Source: Lingula anatina (Eukaryota > Animalia > Brachiopoda). Taken from it: a DNA stretch of 64,000 nt. The notes under the pieces were generated by a model. It had not been told where the DNA came from. It saw nothing but the letters and a program-made list of their open reading frames with translations, and searched no databases. The position numbers were made by a program, and so were the translations under genes. The stretch's first letter is position 1. Each line of letters opens with the position of its first letter. Below, piece by piece: positions 1 to 11,744 of this stretch. Location of the stretch: positions 10,292,001 through 10,356,000 of the forward strand of contig CM120649.1 of assembly GCA_051362555.1 (NCBI GenBank), written 5' to 3'.

Positions 1-59
1 AGTGACCATATGCAACCAAAATATTTTACTCGTATTTTGATACGTCTCCCACCTCTGTC

Positions 60-420
60 TCCCCCTAAAACGGTCCACACTAAAAAATCAATAATCGTAT
101 AGCAATTTTATGCAGGCAATATTGACCTACTTTTATACCCACACAGCTATGGTCGAGTTTTATGGTTGTGGAGTGAAAACGTGATACACGTCTGTGATAT
201 AAAAGTTATTTTTAATTACATAATTTACAAACAGTGCGTGTGAATCAAAAGTGTCTCAATTTGTGAGCAAAACAGAACATTACTTTTTGAAAATAATGAA
301 AAAATTGGAGAAAAGCCAAAATCAGAAAAAATTAATTTTTTCTCTTATATGCAAATTAAGTCCCCTGAAGTAATATATGACTGGCCGGAAGTGATGTTCA
401 ATTCAAAGATTTGTAATGAT
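60..420. repeat. Dispersed repeat fragment, paralogous to ~36790-37200
   Basis: Shared blocks: aaaaatcaataatcgtat..caggcaat vs aaaaatcgataatcgtat..caggcaat, and tttttctcttatatgcaaatta..ggaagtgatg in both places. Probably a degraded non-autonomous DNA element. Confidence 0.6.
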
Positions 421-663
421 GATGATCTTGATGGTCTTGATGATCTTCATGGTGATTAAAAAAATCTTATCAAAGTTTTCCGTTGTCATCTGGTGTGAAA
501 GAAAATTTCTGCTCTAACACAATCATTCCACGAGTGAAGAATACATATAGTAAACGCGTTTCAGAGTTGTGCTGCAGACGACACGACTTTTGGGTGATAG
601 AATAGGTTAGGGCCTATAATTATGATATATAGGATAAAAATGCGTGTCTAAGTTTTCCATTAA

Positions 664-989
664 AGGGATAATAACTCTTCGTATGAGATCTATATTTCAC
701 AATAAAAACATTGTGAATAACTCATAAAAATATAATATACCACAAAAATGGCAGTTATAGCTATTTTTCTGATATCTGAGCTGTCTTTAGACCACGTGAG
801 CTCCATTGATGGCTATACTCTGTTAAAATCTCTTTAGAGATTTTAACAAAAAACCAAACTTTTTAGAAAAAAACCAGAGACTAACTTTGAATGTAAAAAT
901 GGATTCATTAACCATTGGTAAGTATGGGAAAATTGTTGTTTACTCCAGGAAAATTCATTTTTTGGCCGAAATGAAGAGTTATTATCCCT
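664..989. mobile_element. Kolobok-type MITE (TTAA TSD), copy 1
   Basis: TIR agggataataactcttc / gaagagttattatccct flanked by TTAA at 660-663 and 990-993. RR...YY termini with a TTAA target fit Kolobok rather than piggyBac. Near-identical copy at 63233-63575. Confidence 0.8.
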
Positions 990-1398
990 TTAAAATTTTG
1001 ACTGCATTTCTATTTATAGGCCATTCGACAAGGGTGAATTTTATTGGGATATTTTCTCTCTTTCTATGGCTCTTTTTAAGCGAAAATTAGGCATGACAGT
1101 CAAAATATTCAGAAGTAAAAATATTTTAAAGTTTACAATCTCCTTGGTCACTACAATTCTTCGTCGTGGTGGTTCACGGGGAAATTTTTAAGACATCTTC
1201 AGGGCCGTAGCTGCCCCCCCTGGGATTTGAGGTGCAAAAAAAATAATCGCAAAGGTGAATAAAAATAATTGCAAAGTTGGTATCATTGAGGAATACCAGC
1301 CCGCTTGGCGCCAGGTGTCGCTAGTGTGAATTCAGTCCTTCCTAGGTCGCCATGTTGGATATTGTATACGTTGGACTGTGGTACTGGCCTTAATAAAC

Positions 1399-1742
1399 AT
1401 GCCTCAGTATTGTTGTGTACCTGAATGTCAAAGTCGGCAAGGTGGGAATAATTTTCTTGAGGATTCAGGGCTTCGTTTGAAGTGAAGGGTTGCCCATGTC
1501 AACACACCTTCCATGTTAAAGGGTCAGTTACAACTTGACCCAGGAACAGTAATTAGGCCCCTAAAGATAGACGAGTTGCCTCAAAAAGAATACACGTAAA
1601 AAGGTTAATTGATCTTGGCAAAACTTATAAAGTTTTGGAAAGAGAGCTCCATAGCAAGAAAGTGCCCCTAGGAAGTATGATTTATCAAAGTGCGTTTTCT
1701 TATGTCCGTAATTTCAGAAGAGTTGTCAGTAAATATATATAA
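1399..1742 (+). pseudogene. Internally deleted THAP + DDE_Tnp_4-type transposase
   Basis: MPQYCCVPECQSRQGGNNF..LRLK*RVA (THAP N-terminus) joined directly to NTPSMLKGQLQLDPG..RRVASKRIHVKRLI..KTYKVL (the RIHVER segment of the Harbinger/ISL2EU DDE core). Contains stops and frameshifts. Confidence 0.75.
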
Positions 1743-1769
1743 GTCCCGGTAGCCTACTACCCTCATAAG

Positions 1770-1937
1770 CAGGGGCGGATCCAGAGATATTTTCTGACAG
1801 TCTTCTAAATTATTTTTGTTGATCCATGCTTCATTTTTGACCGTCTTCCGCCAGCAAAAATTAGATACCCGTCATTGTAAACTTGAAAATCTGACCGTCT
1901 TCCTGAAGACCCAGAAGACAGTCTCAATCCGCCCCTG
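1770..1937. mobile_element. ~168-bp CAGGGGCGGAT MITE with 5-bp TSD
   Basis: TIR caggggcggat / atccgcccctg with ataag on both sides. Same family at 6666, 19576 and 53921. Confidence 0.85.
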
Positions 1938-2004
1938 ATAAGGTTGTGTTATTAAGTAATATCCTTTTTTATTGATGTATTGAGCATGACCGGTAATGTT
2001 AATT

Positions 2005-2830
2005 AAATAATAATTTTTATTTAAAATCATTATTCAGTACCTCGTAAGAATCATAAAACTAGGTATAGTTAGATAATTTATTTGTTCATGTATAGATGCA
2101 ATTTCTCAGCCAATGGAATAATGCATGTTTGGAAATCTTTTTGTAACAGTTTAAGAAATAAAATTTAAAGAAAGAAAACATTTTATAAATGAACAGTTTT
2201 TGTTCTTTTTTTACGAAATAGCACTTCTGAATTGTTTTACTTGTGTAGAAACACCATATTATTTCATCGCTCTGAAAATTCATTAAAAAGCAGCAAAACC
2301 AAATATTTTATTTAAACAAAATAATTATTCAGTCCATAGTAAAAACCATGAAACCATGTAATACTTAGATAATTCATTTGTGCTATAACTTTCCTGAATA
2401 TATAGCTGCAATTTCTCAGCCAATGGATTACTGTAGGCATGGAAAACTTTTTGTAACAGTTTAAGAAATAAAAATTAAAGAAAGCAAACATTTTACAAAT
2501 TAACACAGTTTTTTGTTCCTTTTTACAAAATAGTACTTATGAATTATTTTACTTGAATAGAACCACCACATTATGTCATCACTTTGAAAATTCTTTAAAA
2601 AGCAGAAAAACCAAATTATTTGCTGTAAATACAACTAGCAATTTATTTCATCCCACTAAAATACTTTACAAAATAGCATCATAGGTTTTTTTTTCATTAC
2701 AGTTAAATATTATTAAAAACAGCATAAACACATAAGTACTTTTTGTAAAGAATATAGCATCACCAAATTATTTCATTTTAGTGAAAACATTTTTTAAAAT
2801 TGCACTTCAAAATTATGATTGCAGCTAAAA
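2005..2830. repeat. Degenerate ~310-bp tandem duplication in the ISL2EU intergenic spacer
   Basis: tgcaatttctcagccaatgga and ttttgtaacagtttaagaaataaaatt recur about 310 bp apart, with a partial third copy. Confidence 0.7.
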
Positions 2831-2852
2831 CCATCTCATACAGGGGTACTTT

Positions 2853-4053
2853 CTATAAACTGGTTGACACATACTTCCTATAGTGTTTTTCATTAAAAAA
2901 AGTTATCCTGGGCAAAATACATGTAGAAAAATATCCAGCGTCAGAATGAATCAACCCCACAAACAGATCTTTGAATGTAAACACAACAAAATAGCAGAAT
3001 GGGCGATTTGTAATGAACATCTGGCCTTCTAACTTAGTATAGTATTCGCGGGTTTTCTTTAGGCCGATTCGTGCACGAGATACACATTCCAAAAAGGGGA
3101 AATCAGGTCCGGGTCCAACTGTCATGTGTCTGCAATGGTTTTGGACACAACAATTATTCATACAGTTTGTTCATATACTTCTTCTCTGTAGCTGACATTA
3201 TCTCTCCAAATCTGGAAGCAGTGATCCGCCATTGTCTCTCCTTGTGTCAGATTGCGCTCTTTCCTTGTTATAACTTGCTATGCTCAGTGTCCTTTGCTGT
3301 TTGTTCCTCAACCTGAAATAGTCATATCCCATTAAAGCATGGTAGATGGTTACAGCATTAAATAGTTAAGATACAATTTTATATTTCTATGATGTCACAC
3401 ATCACCTAGTTTGATAATTCTTTCTCATATTTGGGCCTGATTCTTAATATTAGACCTCTGTTTTCACTTACATCATTCCCTCTATCCATGCATTATTGTT
3501 TTCATGGCACTTGGCAATAGTTGTTGTCCATCACAGCCGCCTGTAAGTCAGCTTTAGGGTAGGCATAACTGGTGGCTACATCAATCTTTGCCACTGATGT
3601 GAAGTGACGGGTAAGATTCCTGAAGTAATCATTTTATCCTGCTCTTGAAGTTGGCTGTCCTGGGGTCCTGAAATCGACAGTTTCAGGCTTTGCCCCCAAT
3701 ATATGGGCCTTCTTTGGGTAACCTTATAAAGAAAAAAATAAGTACATTTACTAAGTATAAAAAATCTTCGTCTTTCGTGCTACTAAAACAAAATATGAGC
3801 GTAGGCCTACTCGTACCTACAGTAGTCTACATGTACATTGTACATAACATGTCAAATTTGACACACACACCTCGACTAATGTTCGATTTTTTTTCAAGGA
3901 AAATAGTTAGCATTCGTGTTTTTCAAGCACTAAATGAAAAGAAAACACATACCTTTCAGTCAATTCACATTTTCATCCAGATGTTATGGCACCACATTCA
4001 AGTAAATTGCGTTTGAGTTGGTTCACTGTCAGCGGCGCGTGCACACGCTCCAT
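2853..4053 (-). pseudogene. Spliced SAP-domain / YqaJ (lambda-exonuclease-like) accessory gene of ISL2EU, degraded
   Basis: Exon 4053-3953 MERVHAPLTVNQLKRNLLECGAITSG*KCELTER (SAP-like) ends at a gtatgt donor. Later segments read KADLQAAVMD, ERQWRITASRFGEI and YYTKLEGQMFITNRPFCYFVVFTFKDLFV, all YqaJ-type motifs. Multiple stops. Confidence 0.8.
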
Positions 4054-4878
4054 GTTAAACTCTGGTGTAAAGCCGTGAGCGAGATTCTGCGAGATTTAAG
4101 AAGGACTGCTTTCACACCCACGCCATCTAGCGGCAGACCCTTAAAGCGGGTATTCCCCATTCTGTGAGAAAATGCACTCATGGCCACTGGACAATCATTC
4201 AACAATCTCTTTACAAAGGTGTACTGTTTTTAGACAATCTACGAAATGAAGGCATGTTGTGTTGAAAAAATGACTGTACCTATGGCAAAATGAACCCACA
4301 ATTTATGACTTATGATTGAGCAATAAATAACAGTTAAAATGCACCAGAATGCAGTATTATACATAAAGTTTTTAAAATTTTTCCACACCGTGGGAGGGGG
4401 ACCCCCCCTCCCCCCCTCGGGGGCTTTGCCCCCTCGTTTCCGCTTACTGCCCCCCCTGGCATTTTGCTCAGGCTACGGCCCTGTCATCTTGTAATTGTGT
4501 AAATTGATAATCATCCGATTACGCGCTTCTTAATAATGTTCGTGATACACAAGTAAATTACGCTCAAATTTTAAACCGCCTTGACTTGTACCAAAATTAC
4601 ATTTTTCATTAGACAATTTTGATTGTCAAACTAAAAAACACTGAAAATGTGTTTTTTAGTCTTCTCTTACTGTTTAAGTGCAAAAAATAGGCCTGTTTGT
4701 TGTAAATAAACTCAAGTTAGATAAAGCAACAAGTCAAGTTGGAAGCATTTGTTTATTCGGCTTATTTTGGGAAGGGAAAATCAAAATCTTTCATCGCATT
4801 TACTGAAAATAAAACTCAAAGATATCTATTCCCTTCCCTACACCACATTTAACATGTAAGTAAATGCACATTTCCTTA

Positions 4879-6006
4879 GGGCCCCTTTACACTGGACGGC
4901 GTCCTTTCTGCGTCCCTTCTGCGTTCAAAAATGTGGTCAGGACGCTCAACGGTCGCCAAAGCAATTAAATTGTGTCTCAGTGTAAAGGCGTCTGCGTCCC
5001 TTGTGCGTCCTTTGAACGACCGAATCTTGATTTTACCTGTAAAACTGCGACCAACCTGCCTGCCTCCACTGTACGTTGCCTGTGCAACCCAAGCCGTCCA
5101 TTGCGATGTTTGAGCGACCAATGACCATTCTTGCTGCGTTCTCTGTACCTTCATCGGCGATTAGTGGCGTCTATTCTACGATCATTCTGCATCCTGCTTG
5201 ACCGATGAGCGTTGTTTGGGCGTCCTTCTCTATATTCTAACTCATATTTTTTCATCGGTTCTAACCAGGTCATCCAATAAAGAAAAATTCCAGCACACAA
5301 AACAAATAAATGGGAATAAACGCTTTAAACTATAGTGATGCAAAGTCTGCATGGACTGATAATCAGCCAGATGCTCATTGTCATCCTTATAAGAAGGATG
5401 GACAAGCGCCGAAAACGAGAAAGTGTGACTGACACTACATAGAATATTTGAATCCGTTTTAGATGACGCATTCTGCAAAACGTTCTGACTATTAATGCAT
5501 CTTGTAAAAAAGGCAATCGTTTTATAATAACCTAAAAAAAAATGGATCGTTTCATGAATTTTAGGGGAAAAACAATCGGAGGCTGATATGAGACCACTGT
5601 TGCCCTTAGAATTCCTGTCTGGTGAAAAATACCTCAGCACGGCCCCGTTTGAGAGTGAAAAAAAAATGTTCTACGTGCCGAACACTGGACGATCTTTGAG
5701 TTTTCATTCTGCAACCAAAGCGATGCTTGTGCCTCCTACGACCGCGGCGATGCTTGTGCGTCCTCTCTGCGACCACGGCGATGCTTGTGCGTCCTTTCTG
5801 CGTCCATTGAGCGACCATCCTCCATCGCGTTCTCTCTGCGATTGTTTTGAACAGGCTCAAAACTTCGCGGCGTCTATGGCGTCCTCGGCGATGCTTGTGA
5901 GAACTTGGCGATTACTGTGCGTTCTTTGAGCGTCCGACGGCGTCCTGGCCAGTTTCATGGTCGCACAAAGGACGCAGAAAAGACGCCGTCCAGTGTAAAG
6001 GGGTTT
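4879..6006. mobile_element. PIF/Harbinger non-autonomous element (TTA TSD)
   Basis: TIR gggcccctttacactggacggcgtcctttctgcgtcc / ggacgcagaaaagacgccgtccagtgtaaaggggttt, TTA on both sides, internal repeated ggcgatgcttgtgcgtcc motifs. Confidence 0.85.
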
Positions 6007-6058
6007 TTAGATAAACTTTAACTCCATTCTGTGAATGTAATATGCCGATTCCCTACAT

Positions 6059-6095
6059 CCCCCTTTACACTGGACGGCGTCCTTTCTGCGTCCCG
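6059..6095 (+). repeat. Solo copy of the left TIR of the adjacent Harbinger element
   Basis: cccctttacactggacggcgtcctttctgcgtccc is identical to the left TIR sequence at ~4882-4916. Confidence 0.8.
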
Positions 6096-6177
6096 CAGTT
6101 TAAGTTGAGTCTAAGAGATTTCTAGAAAATCACCTCAGCATACCTGAGGAACAGCGTAAGTTGTAGAACCAGTACAT

Positions 6178-6275
6178 GTAGTAGTTGTAGTACAGTGTAG
6201 TAGGACTATATAATGTAGTAGTAGTAGTAGTAAGAGTAGTCGTAGTGTACATGTAGAGGGCAATAATAATAATAA
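6178..6275. repeat. Degenerate (GTA)n/(TAA)n microsatellite
   Basis: gtagtagtagtagtagtaag..aataataataata. Confidence 0.7.
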
Positions 6276-6665
6276 CTGGCAAGGGTTGTATATCAGTAAT
6301 ACTCACATACACGTGACTGTGAATACAATACAGTTAAACCAATTGATCAATGTGCGGATTTGGTTACAGCACCGTTATTTAATGGTTATATCATACAGCA
6401 ACAAGGAGACAAATTACCTCTAAATCAGAAAGCTCCATGAAGCACGGCGTGCATCATTTTTTCGGACTTTGTTGTGGCAGGTATTAGTAAACACAGTGTA
6501 TATTTATCCCCAGAATTTAACTTGTTATGTGTAAAGGGCCGATTTCACACACACACATACATAAACATAAAAATAAATAAATAACATAAGACCAAAATTT
6601 CTCTCAGTTGCCACGCAAACATTTAGAAATTGCACGCATAATTCCAGAACAAATATAGTTAAAAT

Positions 6666-6786
6666 CAGGGGCGGATTGAGGCAGTCTTCTGGGTCTTCCG
6701 GAAGACAGTCAGGTTTTCAATTTATATTGGCCGTTATCTAATTTTTTCTGTCGGAAGACCGTCAGAAATGGAGGATGGATCAACAT
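6666..6786. mobile_element. Truncated CAGGGGCGGAT MITE
   Basis: caggggcggattgaggcagtcttctgggtcttccggaagac.. matches the 19576 copy; the second TIR is missing. Confidence 0.8.
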
Positions 6787-8062
6787 AGGCTGCGGTGTGT
6801 TGATTTTGATGCTGTCTCAACCATGATTGTGACGGACTCCACAAATATCAGCCAATTGTGTTAGTGAAGACATAACGGGGAGGGGGATGAAATGTTTATA
6901 AAGAAATGAACTAATAAGTCATTGGAAATGGTAATATGCTATTTTAGTTTAAGTTATATATGGACAAACCATTCAGTAGAGAAAGTTAGATTAAGAGGAA
7001 ATATGTTGAAATGAAACGGCACAAAAATGATGGAGGGAGGGTATGATGATGGTATATAAGGTTTGGGAGAATCGAGGAAATTGAGTTTTGAGAGCGTTCG
7101 GGTGTTTACCAGTGTCCTTTAACTTTAACACTCCAGGTTATACAAACTTTTACAACTTTTGTCTAAAAAAAACTGTACAGATTCATCTTTTTTTTTTACT
7201 TATATAACTACCGTATGTTTCAATTGTAGTAATTCACAAAGATGAACTTTAAAGATGACGTCTATTGAGAAAGAGTCACTAAAAACGCAGCACTGTAAAA
7301 TTAACTAGCAAAGCGTTAACGCCACGAAAGGAACTAAAATTAAAATAAGTTACAAATGGAACATAAAGTGCCGACAGAATCTATGTTGAGTCAAAGTTTG
7401 CTATTTTTTAACTACTCAAACTGTCAGCGATTAATTTTCACATCCAGTATGCTTGCCGACTTGCACGAAATATTGCACATTTTCATTTATGCACTAGGGC
7501 CTATTTGCGCGACTAACAAGAGTATAGATCAGAAAACATAAAACAGAAGTGCTAATGAATGCGATTTCGTGCTTTGCCGAACTGTCCCCGTAGAAAATGG
7601 GGTAAAAAAAAAGAACAGTGCAGATTTGCGATTTGAAGGACAGAATGATAATTTCATTTTTTAAATTAAAAAATGATTTTTTTACGAAGTGGCATATTCG
7701 GGTCTTCACAAAGAAACCTCAACAATATTTCAAAAATTTTCCAGTAACATAGAAAGTTGGGCTAACGACGTGAGTGTCACCTCTACCTGAGGTGTGCAAA
7801 ATGCTGAATCCCCAATCAAAGCCACACAACGGAGACTGACATATCGGAGCGCAAAAATTGACTTGTTTTGATTATTGATTAAAACGGGCTGTTAGTATGA
7901 CCAAGTTTGAAATTCTTGAAACATTGAAAGACTTTAATTGGAATGAATTGAAATAAATTTCTTAATTGCCTATTTTATTTTCTATATCATTTTGTATAGT
8001 CAAAGTATTTTACTATAGCAAACTTTCGAACCTGGCCGTTACTTTCCAAAGCATAAAAATAG

Positions 8063-8063
<1 letters not shown>

Positions 8064-8096
<33 letters not shown>

Positions 8097-8100
8097 GTGT
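8064..8100. repeat. (GT)n microsatellite
   Basis: Read directly from the sequence. Confidence 0.95.
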
Positions 8101-9293
8101 CGGGGTGGGGACGTAGGAAGGTCGTGTCAATGTTGACAGGTATGTAATGGTCCGGGAGAATAGAGGAAGTTGAGTTCCAACAGTTTAAATGCTACAGTAT
8201 TTTACCTCAGACTCTGTCTCAACATGATTGTGACGTTGTCTATGAATTCAATCACATTGTGCTAGTGAAGACGGAGATAAATAATAGATGGTGCGGATAT
8301 GATCATTTTTCGTATAATTTCTTCGGAGTCTCATAATATTTTTTTTAAATACTCGGAATTTTTTGTACTGAATGCACTTATTTCAAAAGTGTCCAAATGT
8401 CATGAATTTCATTTATATGAAAAAAAGAGTCCCGTGTAACAATGGTATCCGTAGCCTACACCTGCAGGCTATACATTTTTTCTCTGGGAATTCACGTCGA
8501 GACGCTGTCTGGGATCGAGAAGCCGAAACAACTGAAGCTAATTATTTTTAAATTTTTACATATTTATATAAACGCTTTATATTAATGATCATGGGCCTAT
8601 TTGCTCAATACTTTAATCAAGCTTTATTATTTTCTCTCGTAGCGACTCAAATCATATTATATCTAGACTCTTTAACGCCAGAATATGCATGTATATCCGA
8701 TTACAAATTATTTTCGCAAGAAAGTGTTAAGACGGACTCAAGCAAGCTATATAGCTATAACAACAACGGAAAGCAGAGCGTCAGGAGAGACGACACATTC
8801 CATTCGAAGAAAGGGGACTATGGGATAACCTTCGCCAAATATGGTCCAATAAAGCTGACATTTGCCCTTTGGTTGTATTTTGTAATACTCATGCTAAAAA
8901 GTGATTCTGTGAATTTCAGTATGATAAGTCACGGGGTTTTCCATTTATTGCGTTAACAAGTCTTGCATTATAAATTTTTATGTATGACAGAAAAGTGAAA
9001 AAGCGGGGGAATTTAAGGAAAATTATTTAAGGGGGAATTTTTGGCTATTATAGTTGTGACTGTTTTCATTCTTTTCTATTTTTGGTGTATACTAGTTTAT
9101 GTATAAACTACATATACTGTATTTTTCTTTTGTTCCCTCAAAGAGAGCACATAATAGTTAATACTATAAGAGATTTGCCTCCTTTTCTTTCCTTTGTATA
9201 AACCTTGCTTTAAAAATTCCAGTTCCGGGGGAATCTGTCTAGTGCGGACAGCTCCTACAATTTCTTTGCAGAATAAAAGAACTATATTATCTC

Positions 9294-9610
9294 GTGATTG
9301 ATAGATGCCAATCAAAGCTGTCAAATTTGACAGTTTGGTTGTCGATAAAGTAAACATACGTCAATCACATCCATACCGCCAAAGACCGCGTATCGCCTGT
9401 GATTGATAGGTGTCAATCAAAGCTGTCAAATTTGACAGCTTGATTGACGGATAATTAAACAAACCTCGAGCACAATCATCCTGCAAAGGAGCTTTTACTT
9501 CCTGTGATTGAGAGGTGCCAATCAAAGCTATTAAAAGTGGATGGCTTGATTGGCAACTATATAAACAAACGTCAATCATCATACTGGTGATCAAGTATAG
9601 CTGTCGAACA
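9294..9610. repeat. Three 105-bp tandem units with internal palindromes
   Basis: gtgattga starts at 9294, 9399 and 9504. Core caatcaaagctgtcaaatttgacagcttgattg (third unit degenerate). Confidence 0.8.
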
Positions 9611-10470
9611 ATGAATAAGCGGTGGAGAGCGGACTGTCCCAAAGATTTTTTTAAATAAGTAAATTAAAATATAGGCGAGAGGAGGTAAAAGAACTATTCG
9701 GGCGTTAGCTAGTTGAGTCATTAAAAGTACACAATATACAAGAAACTAAGGACTTAATGTGTTCATCATATTTTAGTCACATTCTGTTTATAATGATTGG
9801 CTTTTGTGAAATTGCAGGTAGGAAATAATTTTCACCCCATTTGCAGTATTTTTCTTTTCATTTTTTATTTTCTTATCTTTCTTTCATTCTTTTTATTTAT
9901 ATATTTACATGTATTATTGATATATTTATTTATGTTTTTGTTTATTAATTTTTGTTTACTTGTTTGCTTGTTTCCAAAAATATGTTTTATATAATTTAGT
10001 TCTACCAGATTTTAAATTACATCAATTCCCTTCGTTAGTGTGCCATGAGTTCCGCACACCGCTGTGGTGAGACTGTGTGGAGTTGGTTGAGTACACGATC
10101 ACAAAGAATCTCACCCCTGAAATTCTCGTGGAATTCGACATGCCAAGTGATCAGCCCGAGGCCGAGGTTAAATATGCCACGATGAGTCGCTCCACTTGGA
10201 GAGTTCGATTTTGGCTATAAAAGGAAATAAGCGTCACACCCACTTTCCACATGAGAGGGTTATTTATGAATTGGTAATGATTGCAGAGGTGACTTAGACT
10301 TTTACATCAATTAAGACAGTTTGAAGAATTATCCTTCTTTTCTTCCAAAAGTGAGCTTTACACGAAAATAACTAAAGTTTATTCATATTGAAATATAATC
10401 AGGAAATTAAAAATAAAGCCTTATACAATTTTGGCATTTGCTGGGCATTGGGTATATTTTGCGATGTTTA

Positions 10471-11460
10471 GGCCACACTTTTTTAATTTTATGGATGACA
10501 TCCTGCGCGCGCACCGATTTTCGCCCGTTCTCAAAAAAAAAAAAAAAAAAAAAGCCCCCCCCCCCCCCCCCCCCCCACAGCCCCCAACAAAGTCGGTTGT
10601 CGCAAATGTCGTTATTGAATTTGCCAGGAAATGAGTTTTCTGCCCATGTGTATTTTTGCCACGTGGAAATGCATCCACTTTGCCGTCAAATTCATCTCTA
10701 GGATTACTTTCAAATTACAGAACAATAAAAGTCATAAAGAGAACGGGCGCCATCGTTTTGGATTGGTATGCCATTGATATTTGGCATGGAGATATCACCT
10801 TTTTACAATTGTGCGCAAGGCTGGCGGCGGCCGAAAAATTTCTGTGACATTCTGTACAAAGCAGCACATTACTACCAGGTTTTCTGTAGCGAAAAAAGGG
10901 TCGACAAGGGCGTTGAGGTATTTGGTGGGCTGAAGATCGGACAGGCCACCTGACAGTTTGGCTGCTTCGTGTGAGTTGAAGTAGACAAAATGGCATCGTC
11001 CGAAATTACCTTTAATAGATTTGGTAGTATTAAGCATATCTTTGCATCATTTTTTAAACATTTCTGTAAAGTGTTCAAAATGCTTTAATATTCTGAGAAT
11101 ACAAATAAAGACACACTGTTTGATTGATATTTGTTTTATTGATTGCTATACCAACTGAATGCATGAAATAACCTTAAATAGATTTGGTAATATGAAGTAT
11201 ATCTATTCATGACATTTTTTTTTACATTTCTACGAAGTATTCACAATGCTTTAATATTTTAGAGCATGGATAAAGACATATTGTTAGTTTGATACGTGTT
11301 TCTGTGGTAAGATTTGTGTTTCCAGCTGAGTACTGACAGCATTCCTTTACTTAAGCAGCACTTTTTTTTTTTTGGACTGTTTTTTTTTTTTTTTTCGCCC
11401 TCGCGCACCGATTTTGGGGTACCCAGAGGATGTCATCCATAAAAATAAAAAAGTGTGGCC
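10471..11460. mobile_element. GGCCACAC-terminal non-autonomous DNA transposon (Zator- or Harbinger-like, TWA TSD), copy 1
   Basis: ~34-bp TIR ggccacacttttttaattttatggatgacatcct / aggatgtcatccataaaaataaaaaagtgtggcc with TTA on both sides. Second copy at 47310. Confidence 0.85.
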
Positions 11461-11744
11461 TTATAGAAAAACTCAAATGTTTACTCCATTTTTTTCAGCT
11501 TTTCTTGTTTTACTTTAAATTCAGAAATATAGTCAGTGTCGTTACTTATAATTGAAGCAGCGTGTATTTGTTTACCGCGCTAACCTCCGGACGTCATTGA
11601 TAAGTAAATTTAAACCACGGCTAGTGCGTAGAACAAAAGACTCCACCGTGCTGTATTCGACATACAAGCACATCATGTACGAGTGCGTTCCACGGTCTGT
11701 TGCACTACTAGTGTAGTAGCCAATCAGAGGCCGTGGTTTAAGCC

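Larger units (their letters stand above)
1288..4158. mobile_element. Degraded ISL2EU (PIF/Harbinger-related) DNA transposon with two convergent genes
   Basis: Imperfect TIRs gaggaatacc..gtgtgaattcagtcctt / aaggactgctttcacac..ggtattcccc(at). THAP-DDE transposase remnant on + and SAP-YqaJ gene on -, tail to tail, which is the ISL2EU architecture. Confidence 0.8.
1200..4483. mobile_element. CAGGGCCGTAGC-type (hAT-like) MITE split by an ISL2EU insertion
   Basis: 12-bp TIR cagggccgtagc (1200) / gctacggccctg (4483), C-rich subterminal tracts, flanks acatctt / tcatctt (7-bp TSD with one mismatch). Confidence 0.65.

Noticed and set aside
4876-5929. Several 60-132 aa ORFs
   Set aside because: Chance ORFs in the GC-richer repeats of a Harbinger MITE, with no domain motifs.
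10040-10260. GC-richer patch that could be an exon (..VEYTITKNLTPEILVEFDMP..)
   Set aside because: No recognisable homology and no convincing splice pair; cannot be supported from sequence alone.
10421-11078. Overlapping short ORFs with poly-K/P/G/F
   Set aside because: Translations of A and C homopolymers inside a non-autonomous transposon; not conserved in copy 2 at 47310.
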